The notes under the pieces are model-generated. The model had not been told where the DNA came from. It did no database searches and saw nothing but the letters and a program-made list of their open reading frames with translations. A DNA stretch of 8,058 nt from Candidatus Wukongarchaeum yapensis (GTDB lineage: Archaea > Asgardarchaeota > Wukongarchaeia > Wukongarchaeales > Wukongarchaeaceae). Positions 1-5,982 of the stretch are shown in pieces. The position numbers and the translations under genes were made by a program. The stretch's first letter is position 1, and every line of letters begins with the position of its first letter. The stretch spans positions 1-8,058 of the forward strand of contig JAEOSI010000090.1 in assembly GCA_016840425.1 (NCBI GenBank). The letters are read 5' to 3'.

Positions 1-20
1 CTCAGGACACGTATAAGCCT

Positions 21-107
21 CTATGAAAAAAACATTTTCAAAATTTCTACCATCAGAAGAAAGAAGAGACCGAAGACGCCGAACAAAATGAATCCCCACC
101 CCATCAT
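21..107 (-). CDS. Possible 28-aa hydrophobic small protein (MMGWGFILFGVFGLFFLLMVEILKMFFS)
   Basis: Hand translation from ATG 107 to TAG 23-21; GGGGG immediately upstream; one TM-like stretch. Below the ORF-track cutoff, and could be an artefact of the A-rich + strand. Confidence 0.3.
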   Translation of the reverse strand: MMGWGFILFGVFGLFFLLMVEILKMFFS

Positions 108-385
108 CCCCCTTTAAAATATTTCCAACTCCAATAAAAACAACCTTAGGCACTCTCATCTCCTTTTCCTCGAAAAATTGAAAAGCTTTTATCAAACCTT
201 CAACATCACTAACATTCGGAAGAAAAACTTCACTCTCATTACCAGAAACCATAAACATACCCCAAAAAAAACAAAAAAACGTTAAAAAAAGAAAATAATA
301 ACTAAAGATATTATAAAAAAACAAAAAACTACCTTTTACTAACTCGACCTTCTTGATCGCCTTTTTACCCGCATAATTCTTTCCT

Positions 386-404
386 AAAAAAAAGGAAGAA
401 AAAG
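386..404 (-). terminator. Oligo-U tract downstream of hydrogenase gene (putative archaeal terminator)
   Basis: Minus strand CTTTTTCTTCCTTTTTTTT about 22-40 nt after the TAA stop at 427. Confidence 0.4.
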
Positions 405-426
405 TTTTACGAAAGCTCCGGGATTT

Positions 427-1680
427 TTAGAGGTTGAATAAGTTCCGCTTCGTTAGCCTTCCTCTATTAGCAAGATGCGTCAAAACCTCACCAGTAACAA
501 TCTTCTTCCTGTCAGTATTAAGATCTACGAACATAATCCTATCAGTACACGAATAGCATGGGTCCATCGCCCGAATTCCAACAGGTATGTCTGCAATGTT
601 ATTCCCGATCAATCTATAGAGAGCCGTGGGAATGTTGTTAAAGGTTGGTGCTCTTATTCTCCATCTGTACGGTTTATCTGTTCCATCGCTGATACCGTAG
701 TGGATCACAGTTCCTCTTGGAGCTTCTGACCGCGCTGCTGCCTCGTTCGGCGGGGGTCTTTTCGGAAACTTTATTTTTACATCTCCGCTTGGCAAATTAT
801 CCAGGATATATTGACATATCTCGATACTGTTTAAGACTTCGTCAAGCCTTACACGAGTAGTATCTAGAACATCTCCATTTGGCCATACGCAAACCTTTAC
901 TGGAAGTTCCTTGTAGGAAACATAAGGGGCATCTTTTCGTATATCGAACTCTACGCCACAACCTCTTAAAGTTGGACCGTTACACCCTAATTTGAGGGCG
1001 TCTTCCTTAGAAACTTTAGCTACGTTCTCTAAACGCGCCCTGAAAGTGCGACTCGTTTCAACAACTTCGTAATGATATTCTACCTGCTTTCTAAGCTGAT
1101 CTAAGCCTTTCTTGAGTTTTGGAATATAGTCACTCGGCAAATCTCTACTAACACCACCAGGCTGCATCCACGCATAATTAACCCTATTGCCTGATATAAG
1201 CTCTAGAAGGTCCATGACGATCTCTCTGTCTCTCCAGGTTATCATGAAGAAGGTATCGAAGCCAGCATCATGTCCCAATATACTATACCACAACATATGA
1301 CTGTGCATCCTTTCAAGTTCAGCTACTAAGACTCTTAGATATTGAGCTCTGTCAGGTACTTCGTCTTCTATCTCGGCTAGACGGTCGCAGACTTGTACGT
1401 ATGTTATCTGGTGGGAAGCACTGCATATACCACACACGCGCTCCACGATGTATAGGTTTTGTAGGTAGTTTCTGTTTTCCATGCCCTTTTCTATTCCTCT
1501 GTGATTGTAACCGATAACGGCGTCCGTACAGGCGATGTATTCTCCTTCTAGGGCAAACCTGTATGATAGTGGTTCGTGGGTGTGAGGGTGTTGTGGTCCT
1601 ACTATGATCGTGTATTGTTCTTCTTTGGCTGCTTCTTTGAATCGTTTGCTTTCTCCGTAGCGCTTTAATTCATCACTCAT
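427..1680 (-). CDS. Group 4 (energy-converting, Mbh/Ech/Hyc-like) [NiFe]-hydrogenase large subunit, 417 aa
   Basis: N-terminal GPQHP motif (complex I D-subunit fold). L1 motif ERVCGICSASH and L2 motif DPCYSCTDR with all four Ni-Fe Cys intact. L2 ends in Arg and is followed by a 36-aa extension, typical of group 4. SD GGTGA precedes ATG 1680. Confidence 0.93.
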   Translation of the reverse strand: MSDELKRYGESKRFKEAAKEEQYTIIVGPQHPHTHEPLSYRFALEGEYIACTDAVIGYNHRGIEKGMENRNYLQNLYIVERVCGICSASHQITYVQVCDRLAEIEDEVPDRAQYLRVLVAELERMHSHMLWYSILGHDAGFDTFFMITWRDREIVMDLLELISGNRVNYAWMQPGGVSRDLPSDYIPKLKKGLDQLRKQVEYHYEVVETSRTFRARLENVAKVSKEDALKLGCNGPTLRGCGVEFDIRKDAPYVSYKELPVKVCVWPNGDVLDTTRVRLDEVLNSIEICQYILDNLPSGDVKIKFPKRPPPNEAAARSEAPRGTVIHYGISDGTDKPYRWRIRAPTFNNIPTALYRLIGNNIADIPVGIRAMDPCYSCTDRIMFVDLNTDRKKIVTGEVLTHLANRGRLTKRNLFNL

Positions 1681-1767
1681 TTAATTCACCTTTGATTTTT
1701 TTATTTTCCCGACTTTGTTGGGAAAATAGTGTGGTTTCCATTTTTAGATATGTAGATTGAAGTCTTG

Positions 1768-1779
1768 TTTAAATTTCTT
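1768..1779 (-). promoter_or_regulatory. Possible BRE-TATA for hydrogenase gene
   Basis: Minus strand AAGAAA-TTTAAA about 90 nt upstream of the ATG. The region is AT-rich, so chance is possible. Confidence 0.3.
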
Positions 1780-2124
1780 GTGTTTTATTTTCGTAAGAAT
1801 ATGGCGTTTTAATGTCGATTGTCGCACTTTATTTCTAAAGAAATGAAAGATTTTAAAAAAAAATGTGGACATGCACGTCAACCCACTGTTCTCTCCCCTC
1901 CTTCAGAAAAGGTAAAACACCCGAAAAATGGACAAAACAAGCAAAAACCCTCAAGGGAAGAAAAAACCCTAGAAAATCGAAAAATAAGCAGAAAAAATCA
2001 ACCCCAGAAAAAGAGAACAAAAATACCGGGGAGAAGTAAGTTTTTACAATAGATTTAACACCAAAAGGAGGTGAAAACAATTTAAAGCGAAATCAAAGCG
2101 TGCAATACATGTGTTTTTCTACTT

Positions 2125-2625
2125 TTAAATTTTCGATCCTCTTTTCCCGTGTACTGGGCAATTCTCTTCATTTTTTGGAGTGCACTCGACGTATTCTCCA
2201 GTTTCATAAAAATATTTGAAATGATCCAGCCATCTCGGCTCTTCTTTTGGCTGATGAACAAATTTAACGAACTTCGCCAGCTTATCTATTGTCTCAGGTT
2301 TCGCAATATGTTCTATCTTACACGCATCCTCATCGGCTGTATTCTCTTTTACCCCAAGAATCAAAAGAAATTTCCTTAAGACAGTATATTTCTCCTTTGT
2401 CTCTTCAGCGATCTTTTTCCCTTTTGCTGTTAAAGTCACACCGCCGTATTTTTCATAATTAATGTAACCTGCTTCGCTTAGTTTCTGAAACATCTCTGTG
2501 ACACTAGAAGCCCCGACTCCCAGGATCTTAGAGACGTCTTTTACTTGAGCGTAACCCTTCCCTTTTATTATTGCCGCTAGTGTTTTCAAATAATCTTCAG
2601 CCCTTTCTGTCGTCATATTATTCAT
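2125..2625 (-). CDS. DtxR/MntR-family metal-dependent transcriptional regulator (paralog 1, Cys-type), 166 aa; start may be ATG 2616
   Basis: AEDYL, wHTH VKDVSKILGVGASSVTEMFQKL, GYINYEKYGGVTLT, dimerisation/metal motif EDACKIEH. No SH3/FeoA domain; C-terminal ECx7CPVH. Confidence 0.95.
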   Translation of the reverse strand: MNNMTTERAEDYLKTLAAIIKGKGYAQVKDVSKILGVGASSVTEMFQKLSEAGYINYEKYGGVTLTAKGKKIAEETKEKYTVLRKFLLILGVKENTADEDACKIEHIAKPETIDKLAKFVKFVHQPKEEPRWLDHFKYFYETGEYVECTPKNEENCPVHGKRGSKI

Positions 2626-2635
2626 CCCAACTATT

Positions 2636-2649
2636 TTTGGGGAACCGAA
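2636..2649. promoter_or_regulatory. Putative DtxR-family operator, TTCG-N6-CGAA class (1 mismatch)
   Basis: TTTGGGGAACCGAA lies between the predicted TSS and the paralog-1 start; same pattern as the boxes at 6781-6794 and 6800-6813. Confidence 0.55.
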
Positions 2650-2679
2650 TCATGTTTGGAGATAATAATATAGACATCG

Positions 2680-2698
2680 TATATAAATTGTCCTTTTA
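2680..2698 (-). promoter_or_regulatory. BRE-TATA promoter of DtxR paralog 1
   Basis: Minus strand AAAAGGACAA-TTTATATA (TATA at 2687-2680); predicted TSS near 2655. Confidence 0.6.
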
Positions 2699-2747
2699 TC
2701 TATGCGGGCGGGAAGGCTTCGTCCGAAAGGGTTGGGATGAGAGCCTG

Positions 2748-2950
2748 CGACCCTTAAATATCCCAGGTTTTATACTTTAATGAAAAAGGCTTTTTGGGCT
2801 ACATGCTCGAGAGTAGGGCTGTCCTGTGTCTGTGGCACGTACACTAATGGAAATGAACCTGCCCAAAACTCAGCCCAATGGACGGTTAACTTTTAGCGAT
2901 CCAGCATGCGAGGGGAGGAGCTCCCTGCAATAGCTGGCATTAGTTCGCTT
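2748..2950 (+). repeat. Copy 1 of ~200-nt dispersed repeat (homolog at 5983-6177)
   Basis: Core 2874-2950 aligns without gaps to 6101-6177 with 65/77 identities (manual count). Homology continues 5' with a few small indels to CTTAAAYATCCCAG. Confidence 0.92.
2917..2948 (+). mobile_element. Degenerate IS200/IS605-like right end (copy 1)
   Basis: GGAGCTCCCTGCAATAGCTGGCATTAGTTCGC is homologous to the copy-2 end. Upstream frames give NIPGF, TCSRVG and TCPK..MD, resembling the TnpB GIPV / CxxC / CPxCG..DRD series. Resemblance is from recall, not searched. Confidence 0.4.
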
Positions 2951-2963
2951 TTAGAAGCAATAA

Positions 2964-3181
2964 TCATGCATCTTCCGATAACTTGGCAATAAATTTACAA
3001 GGAACTTCAATAGAAACGGATATGTGTTTAACAGCTTTTCTAAACATCTCAGTGACTGAACTGACCTCCATCCTGTCAAGATTGCTATGTCCGTTGTCCT
3101 TACAAATCCCTCCTTTTTGTTAAGAAAAAAATGTTAAGAGAATAGATCTTTAACAAGGTAATTCTCTATTGATCTGGCCAT
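2964..3181 (-). pseudogene. Decayed DtxR/MntR-family regulator (third copy)
   Basis: ATG 3181 lies 3 nt after the FeoC-like stop. Collinear fragments in shifting frames: MARSIENYL / IYSLNKKEGFVRTTDIA / SSVTEMFRK / YPFLLKFLVNLL / EDA*. These match AEDYL, YARITDIA, SSVTEMFQK, YTVLRKFLLIL and EDAC of the intact paralogs. Confidence 0.78.
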
Positions 3182-3184
3182 ACA

Positions 3185-3472
3185 CTACGAACTCCTACGA
3201 ACTCTTCTTCCCTTATCCGTAAGGCGATACACTGTGATTCTTAAATTTCCTGCATTACCTTCTGAGCAAGGTGAGCAGAATTTTGTCATACGGCAAGACG
3301 CACAAGCGCTCTCGCTATTGGGCTTGTCTTCAGAAAGGGTCTCTATGTATCCCATGCGTTTCATCATCTCTAGCCTGTTTTTCAACTCTTCTCGACTTAT
3401 TTTCAGCTTCTGGGCTATCTCAGCGAGGGTTAGATTTTCGAGCGACATAAGTTTCAAAAATTCCTTTATCAT
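3185..3472 (-). CDS. FeoC-like winged-helix protein with Cys cluster, 95 aa
   Basis: HTH LTLAEIAQKLKISREELKNRLEMMKRMGYI, wing with CASCRMTKFCSPC, YRLTDKG. SD GAGGTG; last intact gene of the feo operon. Confidence 0.75.
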   Translation of the reverse strand: MIKEFLKLMSLENLTLAEIAQKLKISREELKNRLEMMKRMGYIETLSEDKPNSESACASCRMTKFCSPCSEGNAGNLRITVYRLTDKGRRVRRSS

Positions 3473-3487
3473 CTCTTACACCTCTTT

Positions 3488-3949
3488 TTATACGCCCGCT
3501 TTTGATAGTCTCCTGAAAGAAAACTTGCTTCTCCAGGCGAGAAAGCCGATTAGGGGCAATATTCCCAGATATATGCCAGGTTTCATGTCATCAGCTGGTA
3601 CCCATTCCTCGAAATCCTCGCTTTTTAACATGTATGCCTCTAGGGCACTGGCGCTCATTACTAAGAGATAAACGACGACCCACAGTAATGCTAGAAATAT
3701 GCCGACATAGACAAATGACACACCTTCATTCGTTCCTTCGTTTAGTTCTTTGACGCCGTACAAGAATATGGCTCCTAGCAATACGAGGATCAGAGAGCCT
3801 ATAATATCTTTGGGGATATATAGAGCGTCTGTCCATCCTGAACTATAGCCTAATCCTACGGCCAGCTGGATAAAACCGAATATTATGTATAAGGGTCCAG
3901 CTATCAATCCAAACGCTGTTTCATATTTGTATTCTTTATTTGTTATCAT
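3488..3949 (-). CDS. Uncharacterised integral membrane protein (about 4 TM), 153 aa
   Basis: Four hydrophobic segments and a basic C-terminus; SD GAGGCG; 20 nt after the feoB stop and 15 nt before the FeoC-like start. Confidence 0.85.
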   Translation of the reverse strand: MITNKEYKYETAFGLIAGPLYIIFGFIQLAVGLGYSSGWTDALYIPKDIIGSLILVLLGAIFLYGVKELNEGTNEGVSFVYVGIFLALLWVVVYLLVMSASALEAYMLKSEDFEEWVPADDMKPGIYLGILPLIGFLAWRSKFSFRRLSKAGV

Positions 3950-3969
3950 GTTATCGCCTCATCGGTATC

Positions 3970-5976
3970 CTAATCGTAGCCTAATCCACTGCCTACTTGG
4001 AAAATTAAGAATGCCGCTGTCCATGCTAAGATTATACCGTATGCTATTGCGAATAACATCCATTTCCAGGAACCAGTTTCCTTTTTTATTATTCCGACTG
4101 TTGCAATACAAGGCATGTATAGGAGAGTAAAGACCATCAGACCAAGGGAGTTTAAAGCAAAGATCTTGGGATCAGCTTCTACACTGTCTGAAATATTAGC
4201 TTCTTCTGCGTCTTCGCCAAGGCCATACAATACTCCAAGAGCACCTATAACGATCTCTTTCGCTACGAAGCCAAATAGTAAGGCTACTGCTATTCTCCAG
4301 TCGAAACCTAGGGGCGCTACAAGAGGCTCTAGAACCTTGCCTAGTTTCCCTGCATAGCTATCTTCGCTGCCGTATTCTACACCCCAGGGGAAAGTTGCCA
4401 AAGTCCATATCATTATTGCACCTAATAGTATGACCGTGCCCGCCTTTTTCAGATACATCGAGCCCCTCTGCCACATATGTATTGTAGCTGCCTTGGCTGT
4501 GGGAACCCTGTATGGTGGGAGTTCCATGATAAAGGGAGCCGGATCTCCCTTGAGCAATGTGCTCCTCAGGAGCTTTGCAGTAAGGATAGCAGCTACGATT
4601 CCGAGAACATAAATAGAAAATATCACGGTTCCTGCTTGTCTTCCGAAGAATGCACCTGCAAACAAAACATAGACAGGTAACCTTGCACCACAAGACATGA
4701 AAGGATTCACTAGTATAGTGGTCAATCTATCATTTTTATCTTCTATAGTTCTAGTGGCCATAATTGCTGGTACATTGCAGCCAAAGCCCATCAGCATGGG
4801 GACGAAAGATCTGCCGTGAAGCCCAATCTTAGTCATCAAGCGATCCATGATGAAGGCAGCTCTTGCTAGGTATCCACTATCTTCTAGGATAGCGAGCAAC
4901 AAGAACAAGATGAAGATGGGGGGAATGAATACTAGGACAAAGCCAACACCTCCGACTATGCCGTCACCTAATAAAGATCCGAACCAGTCAGGCTTAACGT
5001 TATCAGCTAAAGCTCCAGCTAGCCATGCAAAAGCGCTATCAAGGATATCCATGAAAGGAACTGAGAACGTGAATGTAAGTTCAAATGCGGCCCACATTAA
5101 GGCAAAAAAGATAGGGATGCCAAAATACTTGTGGGTAAACACCCTATCGATCATATCAGAAGCCGTCATCTTTTCGTCATGTCTGGAAGCTACTTGGGGA
5201 ACGATCACATCAATGGCTTCATACCTCTTGTCGGCCATGACTGCTTCATATTCTTCTTTATTTATTGTAGAAAGTATGTTTTTCACTTGGTCTAATACTG
5301 GGCTTCCCTCGATTTTCTTTAGGGCCTCATCGTCGCCCTCGAGCAATTTTACACTTAGCCATCTCGAAGGATATTTCTTTGATAGGGTGATATCTCCTTC
5401 AAGAATATTCTCCATTTGGTTTATCTTTTCCTCTATGTCGTCTCCGTAACCGATCATGTGCTCATGATGAGGACCCTTCTTTGCCTCCTTGATAACCGTG
5501 TCTAAAAGCTGATCTATGCCGATCCCCTTGGTAGCTACGGTCTTTACCACTGGTATTTCCAGAAATTTTTCCATTTTTTTCGTGTCAATTTTGTCTCCCC
5601 TATTTTCAGCCAAGTCTGACATGTTAAGGGCTATGACTATTCTTGCACCGAGTTCCATCAACTGTGTGGTAAGGTACAGGTTCCTTTCAAGGTTCGTAGC
5701 ATCCACAATATGAACTACCACATCTGGCTTTTCCTCGACAATATAATCTCTTGCAATTACCTCATCAATAGAATAGGCAGTAAGACTATATGTCCCAGGG
5801 AGGTCTACAAATTGAATCTCATACCCATTGTACTTTTTACTACCTGTCTTTTTTTCTACGGTAACACCAGGCCAATTGCCTACATGTTGTTTTGCACCAG
5901 TCAGAGCATTAAAAATAGTGGTCTTCCCTACATTAGGGTTTCCTGCTAAAGCCACTCTAATCGAATTATTTGTCAT
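3970..5976 (-). CDS. feoB: Ferrous iron transport protein B, 668 aa
   Basis: G1 GNPNVGKT, switch I VGNWPGVT, G3 DLPG, G4 NMSD. Gate/core motifs GFGCNVPA, PFMSCGARLP, FIMELPPY and LYMPCIAT. Confidence 0.98.
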   Translation of the reverse strand: MTNNSIRVALAGNPNVGKTTIFNALTGAKQHVGNWPGVTVEKKTGSKKYNGYEIQFVDLPGTYSLTAYSIDEVIARDYIVEEKPDVVVHIVDATNLERNLYLTTQLMELGARIVIALNMSDLAENRGDKIDTKKMEKFLEIPVVKTVATKGIGIDQLLDTVIKEAKKGPHHEHMIGYGDDIEEKINQMENILEGDITLSKKYPSRWLSVKLLEGDDEALKKIEGSPVLDQVKNILSTINKEEYEAVMADKRYEAIDVIVPQVASRHDEKMTASDMIDRVFTHKYFGIPIFFALMWAAFELTFTFSVPFMDILDSAFAWLAGALADNVKPDWFGSLLGDGIVGGVGFVLVFIPPIFILFLLLAILEDSGYLARAAFIMDRLMTKIGLHGRSFVPMLMGFGCNVPAIMATRTIEDKNDRLTTILVNPFMSCGARLPVYVLFAGAFFGRQAGTVIFSIYVLGIVAAILTAKLLRSTLLKGDPAPFIMELPPYRVPTAKAATIHMWQRGSMYLKKAGTVILLGAIMIWTLATFPWGVEYGSEDSYAGKLGKVLEPLVAPLGFDWRIAVALLFGFVAKEIVIGALGVLYGLGEDAEEANISDSVEADPKIFALNSLGLMVFTLLYMPCIATVGIIKKETGSWKWMLFAIAYGIILAWTAAFLIFQVGSGLGYD

Positions 5977-5982
5977 ACTTTA

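Noticed and set aside
475-729. Plus-strand ORFs antisense to real genes (475-729, 2149-2379, 3234-3671, 3885-4130, 4115-4357, 4430-4612, 4477-4680, 4847-5449, 5516-5713, 5710-5949, 6213-6443, 6440-6691, 6492-6731) and minus-strand 4358-4693 and 7112-7528
   Set aside because: They overlap well-supported genes in other frames or strands and show no recognisable motifs; treated as shadow ORFs.
2067-2074. Perfect SD GGAGGTGA on the + strand
   Set aside because: No start codon at a suitable distance (followed by AAACAATTTAAA); chance or a lost gene.
1819-2080. Overlapping 77-aa (+) and 75-aa (-) ORFs
   Set aside because: Lys/Asn-rich and Phe-rich translations of A/T-run DNA, with no motif and no convincing start context.
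2571-2780. 69-aa + strand ORF
   Set aside because: Overlaps the paralog-1 start and promoter; only its last residues (LRPLNIPGF) belong to the repeat.
2911-2921. GGGGAG(G/A)AGC resembling the GGGGAGUAGC of the yybP-ykoY Mn riboswitch
   Set aside because: It lacks the U, is antisense to the operon, and the other conserved riboswitch segments are not visible.
2964-2966. TGA at the DtxR Cys codon read as selenocysteine, with the repeat hairpin as SECIS
   Set aside because: The gene has several frameshifts and a deletion, and the hairpin lacks the archaeal SECIS GAA/A plus three G-C pairs pattern.
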